Notes: generated from the letters alone by a model not told the origin. Positions 9,649-17,149 are shown, counted from the first letter of the stretch. The stretch: 64,000 nt of DNA from an uncultured bacterium (GCA_949296525.1 CASFOP010000005.1:13519-77518); one strand, 5' to 3'. A program made the numbers and translations.

Positions 9649-10215
9649 ATGAAAAGATATGTATATAAAAAGGGTTTTACGGTGACTGAACTGGCCATTT
9701 GCGTATTGATTATAGGCATTCTGGCCGCCATATCCGTCAGCTATTACGGCCGTTTTATAGAGCGCATGCGCATTGCAGAGGCCGACACGGTCATCGGTTC
9801 GGCCATCCCGGCACAGGAACATGTTTTTCTGCGTTCCCAACACTACACGCGCGCCTGGCATAAGCTGGATTCTGCCCCGGTCATGGTGCGCGAAGCCAAA
9901 GCCACAAACGACTATTCCAACGGTTTGGAAAATACTATTTTCTATACGCGAGGCGGCATGCTGTCCGGCACGCCGAATGCCGGGTTTGCCATTTCCTTTG
10001 AAACGGACGCCACAAACCGCTGGTTTGCCGTAGCCAAACGCGTGGGGCACGGGGGATACTCCTACTCCCTGATCAGGCCGTTTGACAGCAATATTACCGT
10101 CTGCGTGCCGGACTGGACCAATCAAAAAGACATAGAAATGTGCATGGACTATATGGGCGTGGATACGGCCGACGAACTTACGGACAACCCCATGGCGGCA
10201 GAAGCTTCCAATTAA
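9649..10215 (+). CDS. Prepilin-type N-terminal cleavage/methylation domain protein (pilin/pseudopilin-like)
   Basis: The N-terminus is MKRYVYKKG|FTVTELAICVLIIGILAA. It has a C-terminal Cys pair. Confidence 0.8.
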   Translation: MKRYVYKKGFTVTELAICVLIIGILAAISVSYYGRFIERMRIAEADTVIGSAIPAQEHVFLRSQHYTRAWHKLDSAPVMVREAKATNDYSNGLENTIFYTRGGMLSGTPNAGFAISFETDATNRWFAVAKRVGHGGYSYSLIRPFDSNITVCVPDWTNQKDIEMCMDYMGVDTADELTDNPMAAEASN

Positions 10216-10243
10216 CATTCCCTTCCCACCCCTTCTTTTTGCG

Positions 10244-10270
10244 GCCCCGGAGAAACCCCGGGGCTTTTTT
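10244..10270 (+). terminator. Intrinsic terminator
   Basis: GCCCCGG-N7-CCGGGGC plus T6. Confidence 0.75.
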
Positions 10271-10394
10271 ATTTTTAAATGAATACCAAAAAAAAACCGC
10301 AAGCCCCTTTCAAAATTCCCATGTGTTTTGCCAAGCTAAAAATGCCCGCAGGTAAAGCGCCCGGCACGGTACAGGAATATTTTTAAAAAAATAC

Positions 10395-10423
10395 TTGATT
10401 TTCTAAAACATTACTGCTAAACT
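10395..10423 (+). promoter_or_regulatory. Sigma70-like promoter TTGATT-17 nt-TAAACT of the pilin gene at 10479
   Basis: Good hexamers with optimal spacing. They are followed by the 5' UTR hairpin GTAGCC-CACA-GGCTAC and AGGAGG. Confidence 0.5.
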
Positions 10424-10478
10424 AATGAGGTAGCCCACAGGCTACGACTTCTATCTCAATAAAACTGTAGGAGGTTTT

Positions 10479-11063
10479 ATGAATAAGAAGGGTTTTACCC
10501 TGGTTGAACTGCTGGTGGTTGTGTTAATCATCGGCATCTTGGCCGCTATGGCCCTGCCGGCTTATTTTAAGTCGGTTGAACGCGCCCGCATGGCGGAAGC
10601 GGATACGCTGCTGGGCAGCATTTCCCAGGCGCAGCAGAGACGCTGGATGAAAACGGGCAGCTATGCCAAAATGTTCAGCGGCCTGTATGCCAAAATGTTC
10701 AGCGGCCTGGATGTGTCCCCTACGTCTATTGCTACGGGTGTATTCTGCACCAAAGGCGGGACGACTGCTAACAAAACGGATTCAACGGCCTGCACCACCA
10801 ATGGCTTTGCCATGATTTTGGATCAGGCCAACGCGGGCAATTTGAATGCTGCCACAGTAGAAGCGGTACGCGTGGGCAACGCCCAATACACCTATACGCT
10901 CAGCCGCCCGTACCAGAGCACGGCTGTAACCTGCACGCCGGGTACCTCTACCGAAGATGCGGCCATCTGCGCCGAATACTGCGGTATTGATTCGCTGACT
11001 GGCGCGAGCTGCACGACAGGCGGAAGCTCTACCGGTACCGATGCAGATGGAGATGGAGATTAA
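10479..11063 (+). CDS. Prepilin-type pilin-like protein (likely strongly expressed copy)
   Basis: The N-terminus is MNKKG|FTLVELLVVVLIIGILAA. It has an AGGAGG SD, its own sigma70-like promoter, a 5' UTR hairpin and a terminator. The C-terminal part is Thr/Ser/Cys-rich. Confidence 0.85.
   Translation: MNKKGFTLVELLVVVLIIGILAAMALPAYFKSVERARMAEADTLLGSISQAQQRRWMKTGSYAKMFSGLYAKMFSGLDVSPTSIATGVFCTKGGTTANKTDSTACTTNGFAMILDQANAGNLNAATVEAVRVGNAQYTYTLSRPYQSTAVTCTPGTSTEDAAICAEYCGIDSLTGASCTTGGSSTGTDADGDGD
10662..10709 (+). repeat. Perfect 2 x 24-bp in-frame tandem duplication inside the pilin gene
   Basis: TATGCCAAAATGTTCAGCGGCCTG occurs twice (10662-10685, 10686-10709), encoding YAKMFSGL twice. Confidence 0.95.
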
Positions 11064-11091
11064 CTCCCACGAAAAAAAGAATTAGTCAGAT

Positions 11092-11118
11092 CCCCCGTCC
11101 GAAAGGGCGGGGTTTTTT
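11092..11118 (+). terminator. Intrinsic terminator
   Basis: A GC hairpin (CCCCGTCC/GGGCGGGG) plus T6, after the pilin gene. Confidence 0.75.
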
Positions 11119-11251
11119 ATTCCCTTTCTCTTTTCCCCGCTATTGCACGCTATGAGAAGAGCCATTTCCGGAGGGATGGTGGAGTTCTGCGGCAGAATTC
11201 TTATCTTTTTTTTCATTGCGTGCAGGTGGGGTCAAGTGCTACCATAACGCT

Positions 11252-12166
11252 ATGAGGAAACTAACGCCCAAAGAAGAAGACGTCATTTTATACAAAGCCA
11301 CGGAACCTCCTTTTTCCGGTAAATTTTGCCACCATACGGAAAAGGGAACGTATATATGCCGCCGCTGCGGGGCCCCGCTTTACCGCTCTAAACACAAATT
11401 CAATGCCGGCTGCGGCTGGCCGAGCTTTGACCGGGCCATCCCCGGGGCAGTACTCTGCGTCCCCGATGCAGACGGCGTGCGGACAGAAATCATCTGCGCC
11501 CGGTGCGGCGGCCATTTGGGGCATGTATTTGAAGGGGAAGGGTTTACCCCCACCGATACGCGCCATTGCGTCAACTCCGTTTCGCTGGACTTTGTTCCGT
11601 TGCCGGAAAATGACTCCTCCCACAGAAGGCCCTTTTCGCCGGCCCCGGTCGTATTCCCGCCACCAAAGCCTTATTCCGGAGAAACGCAATATGCCGTATT
11701 TGCGGGGGGCTGCTTTTGGGGAATAGAATATTTAATGAACCAGGCCCCCGGAGTGCTGGACGTACAAAGCGGCTATACCGGCGGGGAAACCGAACACCCA
11801 ACTTACGAACAGGTCTGCCGCGGGGAAACGGGCCATTATGAGGCCGTACGCATTTTGTTTGATCCTTCCCGCACCGACTATGAAACATTGGCGAAACTTT
11901 TTTTTGAAATCCACGACCCGACCCAAACCGACGGACAGGGCCCGGACATTGGCCCCCAATACCGCTCCGCCGTTTTTTACGCCAACCCATTGCAAAAAGA
12001 AACGGCCCGGAATCTTATTGGGATATTGCAAACAAAAGGCCTAAACGTAAGCACCCGCCTGCTGCCGCTGAGCAAATTCTGGCCGGCTGAAACGCACCAT
12101 CAGCATTATTATGAACGCCACGGAAGCCGCCCCTATTGTCACCGGCGCATAAAACGTTTTGACTGA
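11252..12166 (+). CDS. msrAB: Bifunctional methionine sulfoxide reductase MsrB-MsrA
   Basis: The N-terminal half has the MsrB motifs CGWPSF and RHCVNS. The C-terminal half has the MsrA GCFWG motif. ATG at 11252 (the ORF track starts at an upstream TTG). Confidence 0.9.
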   Translation: MRKLTPKEEDVILYKATEPPFSGKFCHHTEKGTYICRRCGAPLYRSKHKFNAGCGWPSFDRAIPGAVLCVPDADGVRTEIICARCGGHLGHVFEGEGFTPTDTRHCVNSVSLDFVPLPENDSSHRRPFSPAPVVFPPPKPYSGETQYAVFAGGCFWGIEYLMNQAPGVLDVQSGYTGGETEHPTYEQVCRGETGHYEAVRILFDPSRTDYETLAKLFFEIHDPTQTDGQGPDIGPQYRSAVFYANPLQKETARNLIGILQTKGLNVSTRLLPLSKFWPAETHHQHYYERHGSRPYCHRRIKRFD

Positions 12167-12274
12167 ATGTAAATACCGCCGCGCCGCTCTTTATCCTTTG
12201 GGCGATGCCATTTCCTATATTTATAGACAAAAATTCACATGCTACAAGTCCGTGAAATGACAGTGGGTTATAAT

Positions 12275-12325
12275 GACATAAAAAAACCACGCCTTGCAGC
12301 GTGGTTCAAATGGCGCCCTCTAGGA
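12275..12325. repeat. Direct repeat copy 1 (51 bp): last 15 nt of tRNA-Glu plus 36 nt of downstream flank including the terminator
   Basis: Identical by eye to 12484-12534. Confidence 0.9.
12280..12306 (-). terminator. Intrinsic terminator (duplicated copy)
   Basis: On the minus strand: AACCACGC-N6-GCGTGGTT followed by T7. Confidence 0.6.
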
Positions 12326-12476
12326 AAACCGCCTTTTGCCTGCGGCAAAACGCGCAAAATCCTTATGCACTGCGTGCAAAACTGCCGGATTTTGTTCTCA
12401 TTTATACCCCGCCTGCGCTCCGCTGCAGCTGCCCCTTAAAAGGGGCCGGAGTTCGCTTCTGCCCCAGAGGGCGCCC
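12311..12476 (-). ncRNA. Candidate tRNA-Glu-derived structured RNA (acceptor stem retained, interior unrelated)
   Basis: The 5' GGCGCCCTCT (12475-12466) pairs perfectly with the 3' AGAGGGCGCC (12321-12312). It ends ...GCCA like tRNA-Glu. TATAAT lies immediately upstream and a terminator immediately downstream. Confidence 0.35.
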
Positions 12477-12482
12477 ATTATA
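12477..12482 (-). promoter_or_regulatory. -10 hexamer TATAAT in front of the tRNA-like unit
   Basis: Perfect consensus hexamer on the minus strand, directly after the tRNA operon terminator. Confidence 0.35.
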
Positions 12483-12483
12483 A

Positions 12484-12534
12484 GACATAAAAAAACCACG
12501 CCTTGCAGCGTGGTTCAAATGGCGCCCTCTAGGA
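12484..12534. repeat. Direct repeat copy 2 (51 bp), overlapping the genuine tRNA-Glu 3' end
   Basis: Identical by eye to 12275-12325. Confidence 0.9.
12489..12515 (-). terminator. Intrinsic terminator of the tRNA-Lys/tRNA-Glu unit
   Basis: An 8-bp GC-rich hairpin plus T7 on the minus strand, 4 nt after the tRNA-Glu CCA. Confidence 0.7.
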
Positions 12535-12594
12535 GAATCGAACTCCTCTTTTCGGATTGAAAATCCGACGTCCTAACCGATAGACGAAGAGGGC
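12520..12594 (-). tRNA. tRNA-Glu (anticodon UUC)
   Basis: Hand-folded cloverleaf: GCCCTCT/AGAGGGC acceptor, anticodon loop TTTTCAA, T arm AGGAG-TTCGATT-CTCCT, discriminator G, encoded CCA. Confidence 0.9.
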
Positions 12595-12600
12595 AAAAAG

Positions 12601-12672
12601 TGCGCCCGGTGAGACTTGAACTCACGGCCCCCCGCTTAAAAGGCGGATGCTCTACCACTGAGCTACGAGCGC
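12601..12672 (-). tRNA. tRNA-Lys (anticodon UUU)
   Basis: Hand-folded cloverleaf: GCGCTCG/CGGGCGC acceptor, D arm GCTC-AGTGGTA-GAGC, anticodon loop CTTTTAA, T arm GTGAG-TTCAAGT-CTCAC. CCA is not encoded. Confidence 0.9.
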
Positions 12673-12847
12673 GAAAAACGGTCAAATAACTTCAAGGGTT
12701 TGGGTGCTTCGGGTCAAACCCTCAACATAAATATTATACTAAAATTTTATCCGTAAGAAAAGTTTTTCGTTTTTCCTTCAGATTTTGTTAATTTATTATA
12801 GCAAATTTTTATCCGCCACAACAGGCGTATTTTGCTAGAATATGTAT

Positions 12848-13387
12848 ATGCGCTATGTTTTATATTTTCTCACGCTGGGGCTCATGTTTACGGCCGGGAT
12901 GCTGGCCGGGAATTTTTATATTCCCGCCCGCAACAGCAGCCAGGCGGCAGCTGTATCCGTGCCGGACTTGGACCGCTTAAACCCGGCCCTGGATATGGCT
13001 ACGCCGCAACAGGCACAGCGCAATATAACAGCCCTGACACAGGCGCTAAGTTCCTGTCCCGTTGTGGTAGAAACGGAACGGGACAGGCTGTTTAAAGAAT
13101 TGTCTTTATTTCTGGCCTTACAGGATTTTGAACTTAAAAAAGCCGCTTATGCGGCGGAAATAGCCAAAAATGCCGGAGGCATGTCCCCCACCGGACAATA
13201 TAAGGCGGCAGCGGAGGCCTATACCGCCGCCAAAACATACACGGAACAACTGGCCGACCAGCTTTTCCCGCCTGCCCCTGCGGAAGAGACCCAAGCCTCC
13301 AGCGGCACGGTAACGGCTGTTTCAACAACTACAATTTCCCAAAATACTGAAACGGCATCTTCCAGCCAGCCCGTAAACAAAAAATAA
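12848..13387 (+). CDS. Membrane-anchored hypothetical protein
   Basis: The ORF is 12842-13387. It has an N-terminal TM helix (YVLYFLTLGLMFTAGMLAG) and an Ala/Thr/Ser-rich tail. The start is ambiguous (12842 or 12848). The 12848 ATG sits 6 nt after TGCTAGAAT. Confidence 0.6.
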   Translation: MRYVLYFLTLGLMFTAGMLAGNFYIPARNSSQAAAVSVPDLDRLNPALDMATPQQAQRNITALTQALSSCPVVVETERDRLFKELSLFLALQDFELKKAAYAAEIAKNAGGMSPTGQYKAAAEAYTAAKTYTEQLADQLFPPAPAEETQASSGTVTAVSTTTISQNTETASSSQPVNKK

Positions 13388-13393
13388 CCTAAC

Positions 13394-13422
13394 AAAATCC
13401 CCGCCTAAAAGCGGGGGTTTTT
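13394..13422. terminator. Bidirectional intrinsic terminator
   Basis: CCCCGC-N6-GCGGGG flanked by A and T runs, between convergent genes. Confidence 0.7.
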
Positions 13423-14353
13423 ATTTGGAATATTTATCCAACATCAAATGTTTTGCCTGCAGGCCGTTTAGACGCGTTTGCGGGGAAACAATGGCATCCT
13501 CCAGCCGGCAGCCCGTCAGCTCCGCCCCTTCCCCGACGCAAACATAAGGCCCGAGCACGCAGTTTTCCAGCCGGGCGCTTTCATCTATCCAACAGGGCGC
13601 AATAATGCGGTTGGCGCGGGCAAACTTCGCGGGCACCCGGGCATGGCGCTGCAGCAAAATGCGGTTGGTTCGCAGCATAATCTCCACGGTGCCGCAGTCA
13701 AACCAATCGTCCATTTCCACCGGCACAATATCGGCCCCGCGCGCCAACAGCAGGGACAGGGCGTCCGTCAGCTGTATTTCATTTTTTACCGTTTTGCCCG
13801 AGGCAATTACTTCCTCCAGGCAGGAAAACAACTGGCCCGCTTCCAAAAATGAATACGCCCCAATCAGGGCCAAATTGCTTTTGGGATGTTCCGGCTTTTC
13901 TTCAAAACCCGTTATTTTCCCGTCTTTCATCTCCACCACCCCGAAGCGGCGCGGGTCTTCCACCGGTTTTACCCCCACGGCATTACGGCCTCCCTGCACC
14001 AGCGGGCGCAAATCCCCGTCAATAATGGTATCGGACAAAACAATCAGGCACGGCCCCTGCACGGCGTTTTTGGCCATATACACGGCATGGCCCAGCCCTT
14101 TGGGTTCCGTTTGTTCCACAAATACGGCCTGCAAATGCGGGTAATGGCTGCGCACATAATCTATAAGGGCCTGTTTTTGATAGCCGACAATAAACACCGC
14201 CTTGCGGATGCCGCACGCTTCAATCTGGGCCAAAATATGCGCAATAATGGGCTTTCCCGCCACGCTGAGCATGGTCTTGGGGCAATGCTGCGTAAAAGGC
14301 AGCAGGCGCACGCCTTTGCCCGCCGCGGGGATAATGGCTGTATAATTACTCAT
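13421..14353 (-). CDS. Sugar-phosphate nucleotidyltransferase
   Basis: The N-terminus IIPAAGKGVRLLPFT is the GXGTRL-type NTP-transferase signature. The C-terminal part resembles a left-handed beta-helix tail. Confidence 0.8.
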   Translation of the reverse strand: MSNYTAIIPAAGKGVRLLPFTQHCPKTMLSVAGKPIIAHILAQIEACGIRKAVFIVGYQKQALIDYVRSHYPHLQAVFVEQTEPKGLGHAVYMAKNAVQGPCLIVLSDTIIDGDLRPLVQGGRNAVGVKPVEDPRRFGVVEMKDGKITGFEEKPEHPKSNLALIGAYSFLEAGQLFSCLEEVIASGKTVKNEIQLTDALSLLLARGADIVPVEMDDWFDCGTVEIMLRTNRILLQRHARVPAKFARANRIIAPCWIDESARLENCVLGPYVCVGEGAELTGCRLEDAIVSPQTRLNGLQAKHLMLDKYSK

Positions 14354-14413
14354 ATAGCTAGTATAGCAAAAAGATTAGGGCCTTCAAAGGGAAACCGGCT
14401 TTTCATGAAGAAC

Positions 14414-14453
14414 CAAAAAATATAATGCGGGACAAAATAATATTTTGTCCCGC
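14414..14453 (-). terminator. Intrinsic terminator after malQ
   Basis: A 13-bp hairpin GCGGGACAAAATA/TATTTTGTCCCGC followed by a T run on the minus strand. Confidence 0.7.
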
Positions 14454-14484
14454 GTATAAAGTACCACACCTATGAAAAAGCCGC

Positions 14485-16056
14485 TTATCCCCGCCCGGTT
14501 TCTTTCAGCAGCTCCTTATAGCTTTCCAGCTGCAGCGCATATACTTTTTCCGCTTCCTGCGGCGTATATTCGCTGCGGTACGTCCAGTTGTCATCACAGA
14601 CCGTGCCGGGCACGTTTACGCGGTCCAGCGTACCGATAATATCCTGCCAGGAAAACATCGTCAGCGCGGAGCCGGACGTCAGCACCCGGCGCAAAATGGC
14701 GCGCTGGGTGTCGAGATTAAAAGGCACATTGCCGTCGGTTTTTTGGGCGGAAATCATCTCCCAGATATTGGCCCTTTCGCGCTGATCCATGGTTTCCCAC
14801 CAGCCGCGCACCGTTTCGGTATCATGCGTGGAAGTGGTGCACAGGGATACGGCCGGGAAATTGCGCGGCTCCCGGTAATAGCCGTTGTCTTCCCGTTCCC
14901 AGCGCAACACTTTATACCCCGGGATTTTCATTTCCACCAGCATATGGCGTACATAGTTGGGAATAACGCCCAAATCTTCCCCCACGGGCATGGCCCCGCC
15001 GGCGCTTTCCAGCACCATGCTTAAAAACGCATAGCCGCGGTCAATTTGTTCCTGTTCCACCAGAATGTCAAAGCCGCCCTTGTTGTTGCCGGACTGGAAA
15101 ATATAGGTGCGGAAAAAACCGACCAAATGATCCAGGCGGAACAGGTCATACAGTTCCACCGCGCGCTGGATTTTGCGCCGCCACAGGCCGAAATTATCCG
15201 CCTGAATGTGTTTCCAGTCATAGGCGGGCAGACCCCAGCATTGTCCGTTTTCGGAAAACTGGTCCGGCGGCGCGCCGACGGAACATTCCAGGCGGAAATT
15301 TTCACGCTCGCTCCAGACTTCGGCGCTGTCCAAATTCGTGCCGAAAGGGATGTCCCCGAATAAATACACGCCGGCGGCCTGGGCGCAGGATTTGGCCGCA
15401 CGCAGCTGCAGATCCGCCTGCCACTGCACATAGGCAAAGAAATCCACATACTCGCGGTACTGTGACTCAAAGGCGGCCACGGCTTGTTTGTCATAAGAGG
15501 CCAGCCCTTCCGGCCAGTCCGTCCAGGTTTGCCAGCGGTAAAACTCTTTTAACGCGCGGAAAATACTGTACGGCCGCAGCCACTGTGCCTTGGCGGAGCG
15601 ATATGCTTCAAAGGCCTGTGCCTGCGCCGTCCCGCGGGCCATTTCATTTTCCAGGAAAAACTGATAAGCCTGCCAAAGCACTTTTAATTTGGCCTCTTTT
15701 ACAGCCTTGAACGGGGCCCGGTGATACAGCCGCCAGGCCGCAATATCCCCCTGCAAATTATTTACTTCTTCCTGTGCGCGGGGAGAGAGCTTTACCTCGC
15801 GCACGGTGCTTACGTCAATATAAACGGGATCTACGGCAAAAGCGCTGAGCGCCGAATACGGGCAGGTTTGGCCGGGGGCCGTTTCCTGAATGGGCAGGAT
15901 TTGCACAATCTTTGCCCCCAAACCGCCCAAAAAACCTACCCACTGACACAGGGAGGTGAAGTCCCCCACTCCCCAGTCTTGCTCGGTTTTCATGGCCGCC
16001 AGCGGCAACAATATCCCGTTGGTACGCCGCGCCAAAAGTTCCTCATGTACGCTCAT
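14485..16056 (-). CDS. malQ: 4-alpha-glucanotransferase (amylomaltase, GH77)
   Basis: Motifs seen: GVGDF, YSALSAFAVDP, RLDHLVGFFR, GEDLGVIP, TSTHDT. Confidence 0.9.
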   Translation of the reverse strand: MSVHEELLARRTNGILLPLAAMKTEQDWGVGDFTSLCQWVGFLGGLGAKIVQILPIQETAPGQTCPYSALSAFAVDPVYIDVSTVREVKLSPRAQEEVNNLQGDIAAWRLYHRAPFKAVKEAKLKVLWQAYQFFLENEMARGTAQAQAFEAYRSAKAQWLRPYSIFRALKEFYRWQTWTDWPEGLASYDKQAVAAFESQYREYVDFFAYVQWQADLQLRAAKSCAQAAGVYLFGDIPFGTNLDSAEVWSERENFRLECSVGAPPDQFSENGQCWGLPAYDWKHIQADNFGLWRRKIQRAVELYDLFRLDHLVGFFRTYIFQSGNNKGGFDILVEQEQIDRGYAFLSMVLESAGGAMPVGEDLGVIPNYVRHMLVEMKIPGYKVLRWEREDNGYYREPRNFPAVSLCTTSTHDTETVRGWWETMDQRERANIWEMISAQKTDGNVPFNLDTQRAILRRVLTSGSALTMFSWQDIIGTLDRVNVPGTVCDDNWTYRSEYTPQEAEKVYALQLESYKELLKETGRG

Positions 16057-16077
16057 AACCCTTTTCCCCTCTGCCGC

Positions 16078-16455
16078 CTATTTGCGGACAACGGCCTCTA
16101 TTTCAATGGAAGCCCCTTTGGGCAAAGCCGCTACCTGCACGGTGGTACGGGCGGGCGGATTTTCTTTAAAGACAGAAGCGTAAACGGCATTCATATCGGC
16201 AAAAGCGGTCAGGTCCGTCATAAACACTGTGGTTTTGACCACATGTTTGAGCTGGGCCCCGGCAGCTTTGAGTACATTTTCCAGATTTTTGAGCACCAGC
16301 TCCGTCTGGCCTTTTACGTCCCCGCCAAAGATTTCCCCCGTTACGGGATCCACCGGCAGCACGCCGGAAGTAAAAATAAAACCGCCTTCTTCCACCGCCT
16401 GGGAATAAGGGCCGATGGCCTTGGGCGCCTGGGGCGAATTAATAATTTTTTTCAT
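16078..16455 (-). CDS. ridA: RidA/YjgF-family reactive-intermediate deaminase
   Basis: From MKKIINSPQAPKAIGPYSQAV onward. GGAGAGG lies upstream of the ATG at 16455. Confidence 0.9.
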   Translation of the reverse strand: MKKIINSPQAPKAIGPYSQAVEEGGFIFTSGVLPVDPVTGEIFGGDVKGQTELVLKNLENVLKAAGAQLKHVVKTTVFMTDLTAFADMNAVYASVFKENPPARTTVQVAALPKGASIEIEAVVRK

Positions 16456-16521
16456 AAAAACCTCTCCTGCCCAGAAAAACCGGGTCTTTTGTATATGGTA
16501 TAAAACTGCGCCCGACGCGTC

Positions 16522-16548
16522 AAACAAAACCCCCGCTTCCGCGGGGGG
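16522..16548 (-). terminator. Intrinsic terminator after the pilin gene
   Basis: CCCCCGC-TTCC-GCGGGGG plus a T-rich tail on the minus strand. Confidence 0.7.
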
Positions 16549-16550
16549 AT

Positions 16551-17018
16551 TTAATTAAGCAGGAAATACTTCCCGTTCCCATATTCCGTATCCACCGGGC
16601 CCAGGCTGGCACAAATCCGTTTGTCGCTTTCCGTCAGGGCATGGCACCAGTGTTTACCGTGATACGTAACGTCATTTTGTAACGTAAACTCCAGAACAGG
16701 CCCTTTTCCGGTACGGGGAGCGGCGGAACAGGCCCGGTTTTGAAAACATTGGAAATAATAATTTGCCGTGTACAAATACCCGTTTGCATGGGTTTTTATT
16801 CCCAAGTCCGCCAGATCATTAGTATACTTCCCGTTGCTTAAATAATACAGCTCCTGGGCATCGGTTATAGCTTTTAACTGCACCAGGGCATCCACGGTTC
16901 TGCTCTTGGCCACAGCTACCTGATATTGCGGTAAGGCTATGGCGGCCAAAATGCCAATAATTAAAACCACGACTAACAGCTCTATGAGCGTAAATGCAGC
17001 GTTTTTCTCTCTCTTCAT
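16551..17018 (-). CDS. Prepilin-type pilin-like protein (Ala at -1)
   Basis: The N-terminus is MKREKNAA|FTLIELLVVVLIIGILAA. It has four C-terminal Cys and the conserved promoter cassette upstream. Confidence 0.8.
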   Translation of the reverse strand: MKREKNAAFTLIELLVVVLIIGILAAIALPQYQVAVAKSRTVDALVQLKAITDAQELYYLSNGKYTNDLADLGIKTHANGYLYTANYYFQCFQNRACSAAPRTGKGPVLEFTLQNDVTYHGKHWCHALTESDKRICASLGPVDTEYGNGKYFLLN

Positions 17019-17024
17019 GTGAAA

Positions 17025-17052
17025 AGTGTATCAAAAAAAAAAAACAGGTCAA
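17025..17052 (-). promoter_or_regulatory. Pilin cassette promoter TTGACC-TG-T12-GA-TACACT, 6 nt before the ATG
   Basis: -10 at 17025-17030, homopolymer at 17033-17044, -35 at 17047-17052. The same cassette occurs at three other pilin genes. Confidence 0.55.
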
Positions 17053-17149
17053 GGCTGGGCAGTTAAACGGCAAAAAACACCGACGGGAAAACGACAGCTT
17101 TTTTGATAGGGTCATGCCAGCCTTGTTTCGGCATATCCACTGCATGAGT

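Noticed and set aside
8947-10302. A 451-aa ORF on the minus strand spanning the MarC-family and pilin genes. Similar long antisense ORFs occur at 7298-8080, 15721-16503, 20174-20881, 26453-27175, 32123-32791, 40956-41663, 47995-48675 and 48254-48829.
   Set aside because: Each lies antisense to a gene with clear family motifs. Their translations are Arg/Gly/Pro/Ala-rich and low in information, and they lack start-site signals. This is the typical stop-codon depletion seen opposite real genes in GC-rich DNA.
12400-12476. A plus-strand tRNA or tRNA pseudogene ending at ...GAGGGCGCCCA.
   Set aside because: The closing helix is strand-symmetric. On the plus strand there is no credible T arm (GGAG-TTCGCTT-CTGCC does not pair) and no promoter, and the hairpin would precede rather than follow a U tract. 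The minus-strand reading fits promoter, terminator and identity to tRNA-Glu.
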